Positions 11,626 to 25,570 of a stretch of DNA of 64,000 bases are shown here, piece after piece. The notes under the pieces were generated by a model that ran no database searches, was not told the origin of the DNA, and saw nothing but the letters and a program-made list of their open reading frames with translations. A program made the position numbers and the translations under genes. Each line of letters opens with the position of its first letter. The stretch's first letter is position 1. The DNA is from Raillietiella orientalis (Eukaryota): positions 1,426,001 through 1,490,000 of the forward strand of contig JAYWIR010000043.1 in the NCBI GenBank assembly GCA_036172245.1, read 5' to 3'.

Positions 11626-13320
11626 AGGGGGCATCGGAGCGCGGATCGACGCCGCAGCCCACAAGGCTTTCGCAAAGCTCTTCAAACGAGGACACGCCAT
11701 CAGAGGGTGTGCGTAACTCGGTTAGAGACAAGGGTGACCATCGTGAGAAGTCTCCTCGCCAGAGGAACGAAGCCTCGCAGGGATGTACAGGTCGACGCAT
11801 GACGGATATTGATGGGTCTTCTCAAACGAGCGATAGGCACAAGAGATTGTGGCAGGGTGCCGGCCTGGACCACCCCGCACACCCTGGAGAGAATGAGGAT
11901 TCAGGAAGCCGAAAGGCTGGCGCTCAGTGCAACAGGACGCCAAAGACACGGTGCCAGCGTTGGCGGCCATGTAACTGCCCTCTCCTAGCGTGTGGCACCA
12001 AGCGTTGCGGATTCGAATGTGACCTTCCTCTGACTTTAAAAGGAGAATGGAGGGTGGATCGTGGGTTTTGAGTCCCTCCCCTGCAGAATGCTGGTCGGCC
12101 CACGGGCTTTGGGCGCAGTTCTGGCGGAAGCCGGAGGCTGGACGACCTAGTTGACTGGCTGAGATAGGAAGTTGACCCTCCAAGGTGTTTACAGGAACCA
12201 GAGAGTCGGTTCCCTTCGGGGTTCTCCTCCGGTTGTGAAGATGGAGCCGTGCCATGGAGCCAGCTGATGCTCCTCTTCGGGGGAACGCCTCTCCAGGGCG
12301 TAAGAAGCGCGCTGCTTTCTTCGTGGGTGCCCTTCAGAGAAATTCGCAAGCGTTCCTTTGGGGTTCTGCTCAGAGGAGGAGGAAACAAGGAGCGGTTCAT
12401 TTGCGGTGCCCTCCGGCACTTCTGCTACTGTTGCACTGGGACGTCCCGTGCAGCTCCCGCCGACACCACTGGACGTTGAGGGGGTGAGTCCGGACTGTCA
12501 CAGGTGCGGGGAACGGGAATTCCCCCTCCCGCACCTGCATGTGGACTGTGTCGCCCTCCGGTCCCTGCGGGAACGTTTCGCAACGACCCTCCAGATCCCG
12601 GCTGGTACACCCAGGGACGTTTTACAGCTCCTCTCTGTGCGAGACTCCCCGCAGCCAGCCACAGATCCAGCAGCACCTTGCTGCATCCGCGGGATTGCGG
12701 CGGCCTGGAGCGAAGCCGACACGAGAAGAAACGACAGGGACGCCGTCCAATTTGCAGTTCGCTTCCAGCGTGTAGCGGCCAGATGGCCCCGCCTGGGACC
12801 TATTCGGACGGACCTAGCCCGCATCCTGGAAACAATGCAGAGGACTCCTTCCAGTGGACAGTGGTTCCTTCCCGACCTTCTTAAACATTTTTATTGCGTA
12901 TCGGCGACCCGGCAGGTCCGTGGACAAACGGAGCGTGGTAGGACCGCGCGTTCCACCACAGTTTGTAAGTTTCCTTTCTACATTTTAAGAAATGCCCCAG
13001 CGTTTGCGGGTGGAAATCGAAGACAACCAGAGCGGAGGGTTCCATCCCTCCCTAAGCATGGGAGGAACGGACTCCCTTCCTCCGGAGCCCTTCCCGTATT
13101 CATAGGGTTGTCTCCTCGCTGGGTAACTCCTAACTTGAAGAGTTGCACACATCCACGGGTGACATGGACAGCGTTGAAGAGCCTGACGGGCCCCTAGCAG
13201 GGCACTTGGCGAACCAAGAAAAGGAAAACCTGAAAGAAAAAAAAAAAACTGGGAGGAGAGCAGCGAAACAGAAAGAACCTAGCAGAATTTCCATCATCCT
13301 GGGCCACTCAAGGGACAGTG
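11626..13320 (+). mobile_element. Family B copy (disordered ORF region, FG repeats, stop, 3'UTR) carrying a copied A/B junction segment
   Basis: Homology to 28375-29030, 50787-51450 and 54380-55200. Stop TAG at 13103-13105 (..EPFPYS*). Confidence 0.75.
12413..13134 (+). repeat. Near-identical inverted copy of 49727-50526 (family A 3' end + family B continuation)
   Basis: ORF translations in several frames differ by only 0-2 residues between the two loci (e.g. 12504-12884 vs 50055-50435). This copy has two deletions. Confidence 0.95.
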
Positions 13321-13469
13321 TCATCAGGGCGAGGTGGGAAGCTACGTGCTGCAGAGCAGCAAAAACAACATTTCTGGAGACGTGGACAACTGGGGAAGTG
13401 ACGGGTGCTAGCCCGAGTGTCTCACCCCACGGACTTGTACACTTGTACACTGGGGAGAGCTGCTCGACA

Positions 13470-13856
13470 TCGCATTGAGATGTCGAGCAGGAGGAGGAGA
13501 CGAAGTTGTCCCCAGCGTGCTGGAACAGTGCAACCCTCCTCCTAAAGTGACAGGAGTTGGTGCTGCTGGTGTTGCACGGGGAAATCCCGTGCAAAGAGCG
13601 CCTTCAGCACTGGACCCGGGGGAGCATGGACGCTCAGTGCGACAGGTGCGGGAAGAAGGTGACCCTCTCTCACCTGCTGTTGGACTGTGCTATCCTCCGA
13701 CCCCTTGGGGATCTCGTTGCAACGATCCTAGGAACCCCGGCGGGCGGCCCCAGGGACCTTTGGAAACTCCTCTTCGCGCGTGCTGCTGCCCTCGTGCCAG
13801 CCGCGTCCCTAGTAGTTCTCTGCTGCGTCCGCCAAAAAACAACGCGACTCTCTTGA
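13470..13856 (+). mobile_element. Family A-related LINE ORF2 C-terminal fragment
   Basis: VLLVLHGEIPCKERLQHWTRGSMDAQCDRCGKKVTLSHLLLDC (intact CCHC) ..LFARAA..VLCCVR. Confidence 0.85.
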
Positions 13857-13989
13857 GCGGTGAAAGGAATTTTTAGACTGCAGAAGAATTCCACATGTTC
13901 GGCAAGATAGAGAGGAGGAGGAAGAGGAGGGAGAACAGTGGATGACGTTAAAGTCGTTGCTGGGATCGAAGCAGGAGGCCGTTCGGAAA

Positions 13990-15100
13990 GCTGGCTGACA
14001 TAATTGGTAGATGACAGTGCGTTAGCAACCAGGGAGAGGAAACTCATTGCAGCACAGTTCATTTCCTGAGGCGAGAATCCTGCTGACACCTTCCTTGCAC
14101 TAGGACCGGTGTCACCAATTCCGAATGAGCATTTGGCATTTCTGACTGAAGTGTAGTAGAATGAAGTGTGAAACTTCTTCCGCTCCAAATCCGAAAGTGA
14201 GATTTCATGAGATTCCCACTTTGCGTGAAAGCCGCAGCAGTTCAACCACAGACGTCCTCTTTTATGCGTCTTGAAAGCTTCCGTGCGGCAAGGACTTGCA
14301 CTCAAGTTCCCCCCCAACGTTGAGAAAAGCCATTGAAAATGGCCCTTCCCGAGGAAGGTTGGCCCGTTGCACAGCTTGAAAGGTTTGTTTTTCCTGATCA
14401 AAGGCATCTTCACCATCAGCTCCAAGAAGTTTTAATCTTCGACGTTAAAGTATCAAATCATCTGTGCGCGGCCGTAACTAGTTCCTTCATCATCAGACCG
14501 ATACGAAATCCTCCAAGGACCCTGCTTCTCGGAAATTCCAATCCAAATGGATTCGTAGACGAAGGGAATAAATGTCTGAAAATCATTTTTCTATCACGAA
14601 GTGGATCTTGTACCTCGAGAACGTACGTTTATGAAATGCTCCAATACCCAGAGGGACTCGAAGGTCATTACGTTAGCAGTCTTAGTTTTCCTCGTAAGAG
14701 TGTAACAGCTGAATGCATTGGCTTCACTTCCCAATCACAACAGTTTAATTTCATCCCGAATTTTTCTCCCACTGATATTCTGTATAATGACGTCTTACTC
14801 GCACTCGCCAGGGGCAACCTTTTAGTGAGAAGGAAAGCTAAGCTCTTTTTTCCCAAGTTCGATGCATCATCATTTTGATGGATGCTCAAGTTCTTCTGGA
14901 AGCCAGCCGCGCTCTGCTTGGGAAGTAAAAAACCCATCTGATAAATGTGGATTCAGACTTTAAGCGGAGTGATGCCAGTATTCGAAATTAATGATTCTGT
15001 GGATTCAATCTTCATGTTTTGCAGTCCTTTTAATGAAAGCTTTCGCAGGCATCAATAATTTTTGCTTTTAGCATCATTATACTGCATGACGTACCAAATC
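13990..15100 (-). pseudogene. LRR-ectodomain gene remnant, possibly LGR-type GPCR
   Basis: LxxLxxMxI..ISNTGI, NAF and KGHF..L segments, then NCCGF (cf. LGR hinge HCCAF) and a hydrophobic LSLVANAL stretch. Heavily disrupted. Confidence 0.3.
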
Positions 15101-18100
15101 ATCTATCCATGCATGCTAACTTAGAATAATGGTGTGGATTCATTTTCATTACGGATTCCAAGGAATCTAAATTGAACTTTCCAAACAAAGAGGGCATCTT
15201 GCTCTCTAATCCTTATCTTTTAGTTGGTATCATGCCTAATCAAAATAAACTCCTCTCCTTTTTTTCCCAACATGCTTTCTTAATTAAAAGTCCCACCTCT
15301 TAGCAGCAGAGGAAAAGACTGAAGGCTGTTTTGTGCTCCTTCGCAAGTCAAATACAAATATTATTTTGTAATCTCATCGAATGAGCATGTGGGAGTATTA
15401 CACCTGCCGACAGCCATGCATACATAAATAACTAAAGAAATACATAACTGTTCCGTGGATTTCTCTCCCTATATCGCTCAGGAAAAAGTCGGAGGTGTGC
15501 ATGTACGGATATGTAAATGTGCCGAGTGTTGAACAAGAAAATAACATGCTAATAATCAGGATTCCCTTCGCGTGAAAATCCAAGTTCGCCTTTTGAAGGA
15601 AGAATCATCATGATGACCTTATTGTTATCGTTATTAATCACTATTTTCTTCACCGACCTCTTCCTTCAGACCTTATTCAAAGGCGCAGTCGCCTATCCAT
15701 CGCGTTCTTCTGCCATCTCGAATAGGTGCAAAGTTTCAAGCGGTCTGCCCTTACAAACGAAGGATTGGGATGAAACTCCTCGTGCCTTGGATGATAAACC
15801 AGCAGTAGAGACGGATATGGAGGTTCGTGAGCGTTGAGTGCTCATCCATAACTGTGCGCATTTTGGAAGGTAGCAAAGATGAAAGGTGCGTGTAAGAAGA
15901 CACTTTGCCAGTCGTGCAAGCATTCTCAAGCAGATGCCCTTCCGCAGGAGGAATCCTCCAAAATCATTCTAAAGAAAGCAAGTGGAGGCAGCTCCGTCGA
16001 GAGGATGCCCTCAGAGGTCTCATATATAACGTGGCTGAAAATAGTTGTAGAGCAAAGCACCGTTTCATCCAAAAAATACGCGACCTTCATTTACAGGCAG
16101 CGTTTCTAAACTGTCTCAAAGGAACTCAGAAAGATTGCCCTATGAATGGAATCTGGAAGGATCGAGAAAATGCTCCTCTTGTTGTCGGACCGAGGAAGAG
16201 AGGCATCTCCTTCAGGATGCTGCTATGCCGAAAACCACGGGAGAAGCATCCTCACAGAGAAAAGCGCGCCACAGGGGGGGCGGTCACTTCCCGTTCCTCA
16301 GCTGCAGAACAGCTGAGCGGTCACGTGATTTCAAATGAAAAATCATAGGATGGGAAGCGAAAAGCTCGGGGCGGTTACAAATATTCCTCATCATTTCAGC
16401 CATTAACACAAGTTCTCAGAGATAATTGGAAAAGCATCTTCAGTAAGCCTTTAACATTCTTAAAATCCTGTTGAATAGGTCCATGCAAGATTGGAAAATT
16501 CTTTCTTGAAGGATGAGAGCTCCAAGAGGCCGTCATCAGCAAACCTTCGAAAGAAAAAATAGGAACGGAGACTATGAACTGTTAATCAAAAAAGATGCCC
16601 CATGATTTCCATGGCCCTCCAGGTGCTTCCAACAAATACGAAAAAGGTGCCCGGAAGTTTCCCCAAATGGATAGGAATTGCTATCTGAAATCGAAATGCC
16701 AAGTTAAATTCACGATGCGACTGTGTTTGATGTCCTTTTTTCACGAGTTCATTACACATCCGAGTGGAGCATTCGCCTCAAGGGGTGCTCAGGAAGAGCC
16801 CTAAAGGGGATACTTGGCAAGACGTCCCTTAGATGGACTCAGAAAGGGGAGATGAAGGATTTCAAAGTGAAGACATAATAATACTAAAGAATCGAATACA
16901 GTTGCTGGATATCATAACAAATTGAACTGTCCATCGGCAAAAGCCATCGGTGAGGACGGTTAGTGGAGGATTCCATTCTATTCCAGGTCATATTCGCCAA
17001 CTTTCTTGAAATAAATAGACGATAAATATAATGAATACATGATAAAGCGAGGGGTCCATTGGACTCAAAGAGAGAAGGAGGTCTTCCGATATGTAGGGGT
17101 AAAACATCGAGAGGATCGTTTCCTTATAAAACTCTTAGAAGATGTGCCAAAAGGGACCCCCCCCCCTCTGGAAACCAATCAAATGAGAAACTCTCAGTTT
17201 GCTTGCTCAATTTGATTTGGCCATTAGATTATTACTTCGCACTCGGATGATACTTCCTTCGTCTGATGAAATGATTCAATAACGGGCCCTATAAGGTGAG
17301 ACTACTATATTATTATTTGAGGTACTCCCTATTTTTAAACTGTCACTACAGTGGTTTAGAACGGTCGAGCTAGTCACGAAAGATAAATCTGAAAAGCAAT
17401 AAATGCTTCCAAACTGGATAATCCCCAAGAAAAATTGCAAAAATGGCATCATTTCAGATAGCAATGATTCGTAGACATGAAGACCCATAATTTTTGAAGT
17501 AGGGACCGAAATGCTAACTTTTCTACTAGTCTGCCTATTAGTTCGTGCACAGAAGCATTAGAAAGGTGACTTAGTTCTAGGAGATACGTTCAAAGGTTGG
17601 GCCTCGTTGCAAGATTTCGCATCAGGAGCTCCGTGTCCGCTTTTCGGCATAATCCTCCCGATTTTTTAGCAAAAGGAACGATGTCACCAACATTCGAAGA
17701 ATGGAAAGATCGTCATTTAAAACATGGTAAAAACAAACCACAGCAATCCAACCTCATGAATATGTACTCAGTTTTTTCCACAACATGGAAAATCCATGCA
17801 ATCAACTCGACACGTTTAATTATTATTTCCTCATAATTAATACAAAAAATTCTAGAACTATCAATTCTGTAAAACAGCAGCATTACAGATTTCAGCGAAA
17901 TGTGAATGGAGCCTAATAAGCTATTTGCAGTCATTTCCATTAAGGGTGCCATAAGTGTCAGAAGATAAGCTGCGATACTTCATGGCAGGATCGGTTGGAA
18001 AGTACATGGGAGATCTTCAAATCGCAGACAGCGAGATGTACTCGAAAGCACAGCTTACACCTTTCTTTCTTTTTCCGTTTTTTTTTTTTTTTTTTTTTTT

Positions 18101-19449
18101 TTTTCATACGAAAGATTCGGCAATGGCTTGCATCGTCCGAACAGCATCACAATGTCTTCCCACATATAGCTAATATCTCTCGTTTCCTCATTGCTTAAGT
18201 GTGGGCCGTGGAATTCCACATGTGTTGGTCTTTCAAGATCATCACGAAGCTTCAAAGCAAACGATCGTGGACTCAGTCCACTGCCCTGCACTGCTCGCCA
18301 GCTCAGCAACCGGCGGCGTGCACCAGTAAGCGTTTCATCCACGCCAAAACCCCCATTGGAAGCGCCATTCTCTCTTGGAGCCTCCCTTTTCCGAATTTCC
18401 ATCCACCATCCTTAGCCTGACAACCTCACAAAGCGCTGAACTCTTCCTCCTGATCTGGAAACTGCCCCCTACGGGATCTTCCATTCGGAACTCTTCACCA
18501 ACCTGTTTTACTGATGCTCTTGAAAAGAAAGCCGCTGGAGCCGTGTCTTTATCAGAAGAGTTTGCGACCCGTAAAAGATCACAATGCACCTCTTTCGCAA
18601 CTCAGCAACACTTCCATCTTCATTTATTTTCGGAGGATTTAGTAGCTACTTTCATGCCGCTCTTGAGCAAGACCAATAACGTGCTCATGAAATATGCAGT
18701 TGTAGCACACGAGTAGAATTCCATTCATACTACAATGAAGGAATTTTTCTCTCTGTTTTGAAGCACTGACCCATTCACCCGTGGTCTTATTTTTTTTTCT
18801 TGCAGCCGTAGTCTAGGCCGTGGCATTTACGGCCGACTTCTTTCTGAGGATTTTGACCACAGTTTCCACTCTATGAATCTTAATGTCCCGCTTTCCTTGA
18901 GTGAATATTCGACTTCGCTGTCCCTTAAATCACCACAGCTGGGAACATTCCATAAGTGTTTCTTCTTCCCCGCAATAACATCCATTTCCTCGTCCGAAAA
19001 TCTTCCACTTCCAATCTTCTTTCTCCTGTCCCAAAGTATCGCTTCAGATTTCCCATTTAGATCTTTGGAAATCCAACTGGCTTCCGCCCAGAGTGTCGAC
19101 GAGCTTTCCCTTCTTATTTTTCTTTTCCGTTTCTAAGAATATTTTTCTCAGTTTTCCTTTCTTGCGGAGATTCGTGACATGCATCATTCATCCTACGCGT
19201 CTTCTATTTTCTTGATGTATGCTTTCTATGTGGCTGGGAAAATTCGATTTCTGCTGTTAGGAAGGCCCCTGGAATGAAGTCCGTCTCTTGCAGCATCCTC
19301 AAATGTGCGCCCAATCCATGTTCCAGCCATGCTGTGTCCTGGCACGCTGCATCCTGTGCGAGGGATCTCCAGTCATATGAGAAACTCGTCCTGGGGATCC
19401 TGACGACAGTTCTCGCATCGAATCCCGCAATCCTCTAAAGGCAAAGCAA

Positions 19450-21420
19450 AAAGTCTGCTCCAGGATATTTTTTTGCACCTTTTGACACTTCTAAATTCGG
19501 TCTTCGAGTTGGATGACAAAAGATTTGCACGAAAGACTGGTGACCCCGCGACAGGAAGCCGACTTACGCATCCTTACGCCAGATCGTGGACCTTGCTTAG
19601 GTGGACCTCTGCACGCTTCATGCTTTGGAGTCGCGCCGGCAGAGAAGCACCACTTTGCTTGCTGCCGCCCAGCTGACACGGGATGAGGATATTCGGCTTC
19701 CCGTTGAGGCAACTGGCACCCGACTTTTGAAAGTCCACCCTTCGACCCCCTGCCACGCCATGAATTCGAGCGTAAGGAGGAGACGGTGGAGTGCTGGGCC
19801 GCCACCGCCACGGACGTCAGCCCAGAAATAACACTTCGTCGCCCTTGCAAACTCTCCTCCGCTCCGAGATGTCCCGCAGGACTGCATGCGGTGGTTCCGG
19901 AAAAAAATCACACCCCTTCCCGCGGCCCTATCTGCCCTAAGCTCAAACAACGACAGCAGCCCACAGGCAGGGTGGGAGTTCTGCACCATTCGAGGAGTCA
20001 GAAAGTCTGCTCCCGGAAGAAGAGAGAGCAGGTGAATGCCGCCACTCCTCGTTTCCAGGAGAGGGCACTGCCTCGGTGTTTGAGTGTGCCCTCCGAAGAA
20101 CGTGCGGTCCCTTCGTTTCTGGACGCCTCGATGTTTCCCTTGAAGTGGAAACAGAATGTACTGAGGCAGTTTCTGCACTGCGGTTTCCGGTGCAGTCCGG
20201 GTCGGCAGCTGGCTTCCGGGACGCTTTTGGAACGAGTTTCGCCCTCTTGAATTCTCAGCATCATCCTCGTCTCCAGACGACGGAGATGAGGGAGAACGAA
20301 ATGCGGTCGGGTGCGCGAGTCTTTTCCAACATATTTCGTGACTTCGAGTCGGCCTGTGCTGCCGCTTTGCGGCGAGGAGCGGACTCCACGTGCGCTTCCG
20401 TCCGCAGCGCCTCAAGACGACGGTGAAAGGAAGACGGCCATCCCTTCGTCGGATGCTGCTGCCTCACAAGCTCTCCGACCATTTTCGTGGATGAAGGAAG
20501 AGCAGGAAAAAGAACTCGAGATTCTTTTCACCCGCGCATACTGCATTTTCCATTCGAAACTTGGTTCGCGGAGCACTTCAAGCCATTTCCCGGATCAACC
20601 AAGAGAGTCAGTTCCATCGACAGAGATCTGTCCTGCCTCCTTCATCCCTTTGTCACGGTCCCATTTTCCCACCAAAGGAAGTGCGCAGCCTTTCTTCCAC
20701 GCTGCCGCTCCATGGGCTCCACGATACGAGGAAAGCGATAAAAAGAGCCGTGCAGGCCGAACCGACAGTTGTTCAACAGACATCCTGCCTTGCGATCCGC
20801 TTGCTCACAAAAGGGACTTCGATGCTTTCGAAAACTCCTCCTTTGAAAAGGAAGTCCCGCAGCCAGGACGTGGGCACGGCACGTTCTCTGCGTTCCCACG
20901 CCGTTCCATTCCTGCATGCGTTTCCCTAGTATTCTGCTGCGCGTTTCTCCGAGTATATCCATCCGTGTCCTCCACGCGTAAGGGATGAGACCCTCTTTCC
21001 GACTTGGCGCTCTGTCCCTGGAAGACTCCATTAGTCGATTTTGCGCCAGACTTCCAGCCGTACTTTCTAAAGAAAAGAAATGAAAAACGCGGGTGCACGG
21101 GCTGCTTCGGTGGAACGAGCTTCCGAGTGTGTCCCCCGAAGAAGTTGCAGTCCCTCTTCTGGAAGCGGACACTTCGGTGTTCCCCTCACGCTGGAGGTGG
21201 ACTGTGTTTCAGCACTGGCGTTTCGAACGTAGCAGCCTGGTTTCCGGGAGAACTACGCCCCCAAGCATTTTGAGGTGGTCGACTCGTTCCCGGATACTCC
21301 CCTTCGGCGCCCCCGGAGCCACTCGGAGGACACCGTCATGCTGCGGAGATTCTTGGCGCGCATCGGACTTCCGTCAGGCGCCGTCATTTCACACCCGGGT
21401 GCACTGGACGTTTATCCCTC
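19450..21420 (+). mobile_element. Scrambled L1/Tx1-like ORF2 remnants
   Basis: LLNSVF..KTGDP (RT start); FPLKWKQ..FLHCGFRC (family A-like C-terminus); PPKKLQSLFWK..PHAGGGL (post-RT FxW..GGL). Confidence 0.5.
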
Positions 21421-21539
21421 TTGCAGGAATCCATGGAGCCAAAAGGCCCGCCGATTCCAATTATTACATTAGAAAAATAAGGGGGATCCGGCAAGGTCCA
21501 TCATGCCCACGAAGGGAAGGCGGGATGAAGCAAAAATAG

Positions 21540-22460
21540 GAAGAAAAAGGAAACAAACTACAGCAAAAAGTAGAAACTGACAAGAAGATCAGCTGGGGGA
21601 AGGGAAGGGATCACATTTCGTGGTGGGTGAGCCCTCTGAATCACTTGAAGGATGCCTGAGAGCTTGTCCTTCTCCCTTTCCAGGTGGTGCCATCCCAAAG
21701 CTACCTGCAGGAAGCGATGGCGTGCGGGACAGCCCCCCCCCGTCGCTTCGTCCTCCCACGGCGTCGCACTTCGCCGCGACGACACCGCATACTCAGCATA
21801 GCGCTGCGATCGCGCCTGCGGGTGTCATGGCGTCCCGCGCGAAGAGGGGCCTCGAAGGTCTCTGGGATCGTCTGCGGGTTGAGGAAGGGACACGGAGAAG
21901 CGTTCCCACAAGTCCCCGAGGGCGATGCAGTGCACTATGAGGTGGGGGAAAGTCATCTTCTCTCCACACCTGGCACAGTTCGGCGATGCGCTTCCTCTCG
22001 TCCAGTGGTGCCGGCGCGCATTGCACGGAAGAGACCCCAGTGCAGCACCAGCAGCGCCTATTTCTGCCACTTGAGGGGAAGCAGCTTACAGTCCATAAAC
22101 AAAGGGGATAATTCCAACTCTTCAGGCCGAATGGAGAAGAGTTTGCCCCAACGTTCCAGTCCTTTGGAGGCGGTTCTTGCTGTTGCTGCGGCAGCCAGCT
22201 CACGCGGTGTCCGATGGGTTTCCTGCGGGACGAGATCTCGCAGGAAACCTCCCACCTAGCCGGTAGGCAGGTGCCGTCACTGCAACATGCTGCATGCGCG
22301 CCATACTCACAGCCCGCCGACAATTGCAAGAGAGGTACATGAGGAAGGCTGCGAGGTCGTCTGACCTGCAGGGAAAGGCAAGTCGGAGATTTCCAACACT
22401 CTTCGCCGGCTCTGAGCAGAAAGGATCGTCTGGTGCGGGAGACCTCTGTTTCCATATTCT
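21540..22460 (-). mobile_element. Family A-related LINE 3' fragment
   Basis: GLERWGKLFSI..PLKWQK*ALLVLHWG, LPCNARRHHWTRGSASPNCARCGEKMTFPHLIVHC, followed by a T-rich UTR. Confidence 0.85.
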
Positions 22461-24369
22461 CTTTATTTATTTAGTGTCCCTTCCCTCTCGCTCTGGACTG
22501 CCTCAGCAGCCGACCTGCATGTCTGTGAGCCATCCCCTTGAACTTCTCTTGTTTGTTTTTGTTTCTGTTTTGGGAACTGTGTTCCCGACTTGTTTGTTTG
22601 CTTCCCCCCCGAAAAAAAAGGAGCAACCGGGTGAAAAAGAAACAAGCAAACAAACAACAAGGAACATCGAAACGGAAGCAATGCTGAGACGAGAATAAAA
22701 CATGCTGTGGAGGGCTGTCATAGGTCCCTTCCCTCTGCGATCGTCGGGAGCAACGATTTGGGACTTCAGTCCTGACCGTCTTCAGTCAGCAATTTTTTCT
22801 CCTTGTCGTTCCTGATCCCAGAGGTTTTCTTTGGCTTCTCATATTTCTTCAGTGCAGGTAGGATGATGGGGAATGCATTCTTGGAGCTCCGTCACATTTG
22901 AACTTGACGAGAAATCATTCTGGAATCATCCTGAAGATTTTTGAAGTGTTCGAACTCATACCGCAGCAATATGGCGTATTAAGGAGTTGGAGATTTAAAT
23001 CTCCAATGGACGCACCCACCGTGCTTTCGAGAAGTCCAAAGGAGCTTGCACCAGGACTGGATCCTGGAGGAATGGGTGGCCTCACCAAGGAATTTCTGCC
23101 TTGAATTCGTAAACCATTCCTTGGAACGAAACTTCACTGATTTGAGTTCCTTAGTTCTGTGAGAGAAGGCTCGAATGCTCGCTCCTTTTTCGTGTTCCTA
23201 GTTGACCTTGTCGGGATGACCTTTTTCCGCCCTTCTCCCTACTAGCTACTCTTCGAACCTTGCACGTATCATTCGCAACTGAGCGAATCAGTCCCTGGCT
23301 CCATCCAGGACGCTATTCTGCATTCGCCGTGCCCAAAAGCAGAGAATTCTCCTCTTTACTGGTTGAGGCCATCTCAAGAAAACCCAGGAGGGATGTAAGT
23401 TGTAATTCAAAGTTGCGCCTTCAGAACAGGGTTTCTGCTCTACCGGAAAAAGACGATTCCTGCAGCGCGAGGCATCACCACCGCTTCAAGGATGGTCTCG
23501 GCGAAAAGATGACCTCTAGAAGTCGGCTTTCGGTCATCTTGAAAGATCCGCTCCTCAGCGTCCGCTGCCACGTAAAATGTTTCGGTTACCACGAACTGAC
23601 TTGACAAGAAAGAGAAGGCCGTCCCCTGCAGCATCTGCAGTGCAGGATGAGGAACTTCTGCGAGGTTTCTACCCTCGAGTGCTCTGTGACTACACGTTGT
23701 AACTTTGATCGTGGCATGTACAGGTCTGCAGCGTGATGGAAGATTCCAGAAATCCGGGGAAGCTGATCACTTCACGGTGCTAGAGCGCTGACGTTCGGGA
23801 GAAGAAACGCGAGTAGTCACAATTTGAAGATGGATTCCATCCTCGGCTGAGGGTTATCCGAAGTTCACGCGATTCGAATTTCAGACAGCTCCTGCAGGAA
23901 GATTCGAAAACGAGATGCATCACGAAGCGCTTCCAGAGTCTGTCCTATCGCGCTGGAAGAACGGACGGATTCCCCCAAAATAAATAAGTCGCGCTCCGGG
24001 TAGGAAGTCGGATATGCCAGGACGGCCATTCGCACTCGGAAGTGCTTTGAGGACACAAAAGAACGGGAGATCTCCTCGCTTCAGGAGAACAGCAAGTTTA
24101 TGAAGATAATGGACAGAGTAAATTATTCCACCTTCTTGGACAATCAAAAACAGCAGAACTATATCGGGGGCCCTGCTGCAAACGGGAAACCGAAACTCGG
24201 ATCGCCAGACGGGGCCGAGCATCCATTCATTTTCGCCAAGGATGAAATGCGAGAGGCTGCTCGAATGGGGGAAGGGGGGAAAGGAAAGCGAAAATTAAAA
24301 AAAGAGAGAGCAAAAGAATTAGGAAGCGCCTCGAAAATTCGAAGAAGGACTCGGATGAAGCAGTTCAGG

Positions 24370-24800
24370 GGTTGTTCGTCACGGGATCAGTGCACAAGTT
24401 TTGCGCTGATTGCTTCAAACCACGTCACAGCGCCCGCGTTTCGCATGGCCAACTAGCCCATGGCCGGAGAACACGCAGACGGAGTGGCGGCAAACACTCT
24501 GCGACACTCACTGATAATTTGTCGCGCGCTGCCACTGACCATCACCCTCGATACGCCTCTCCAAACAGAGATGACTAATGAGCTCAATAATCATTAGCCC
24601 TTCACCAGTACGGCAGTGGCTAAGTGGGAGCGCACAAAAACACGTGCGTTTCCCAAATCATCCTCCTGCAAAAATCGACTCCAAGAGATGGTGGCATCTG
24701 TTTTTCCGAATGCCACACGCGTTCGGGAACAGCGCGCATGGGCTGCAAACCCTGGAGAGCAGCTGGCGTGTCGCCAGCCTCATTGTAGGTGGATACGAGT
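24370..24800 (+). pseudogene. Possible RBR (Ariadne/Parkin-type) E3 ligase remnant
   Basis: HKFCADC (RING-like), then KW..TKTRAFPK..C..RDGGIC..CKPW, resembling RING2 TKxCPKCxxxIEKxGGC. Confidence 0.3.
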
Positions 24801-25439
24801 TATACCATACTCACGGTGGAGGTCATTTGCAAGCTGACCACCTTGCAAGAGGAATCTGCGCGGGAAAGAACGATCTCCGTCGCGTGAGGGGAGACGGAAC
24901 CGTCGGAAGAGCTCGCAAACTGACCACACGGGCGAACTCGAAGAGTTCTTTCCGCTCAGCTGACTTGCTTTCGACAGAACCTCATCCTTCTGTTGCAGTC
25001 CTTGGATTTCTTTTCCAAGTTATTCCTCCAGCACAATCAATAGGTCACGAGAGAATGTAGCATCAGAGAATCCTCGAACCATGGAACGCAGATGAAAGTT
25101 CCAGAAATTGCATTCGTTTTCAATTAAAGCAAAGCACCCCGTGCCGTTATATGTCTTATTAAGTTTCTTCGTGTAACTTTGCAGAGACCCTCCCTACCAT
25201 ACACAGTAAGTAACTCTGCATCTTATGACGCTTCCTTTTGGAAACAGATTTAGGTACAACCTGTCTCACAATTTCTTCCGGGAGATCCTCGATCCCATAA
25301 GCCAAAAAAAAAAAAAAAAAGCAAAAAACATGCCAAAACAAATTCTTTTGGGTTTGCATTAATGGGCATTTTGCTTGTGGCCCACATCCAATTACAGTAC
25401 TGAATTCAATCTTGAAGCCCAAACAGACACTCGATCCTT

Positions 25440-25570
25440 TGCATGCTGCAACCTGTGCCGCTCCAACCTGCCCAGATGCTGAAGAAGCTGGAAACACCAT
25501 GGTAGGCTGCTGGGATGTTAATGAGGCGGCAGATGGAATTCCCCTCTCATGGTGCGTCCTTAGGGTTTCC
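25440..25570 (+). pseudogene. PHD-finger-like remnant
   Basis: CAAPTC..MVGCWD..(GRW)..CV. Confidence 0.3.
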
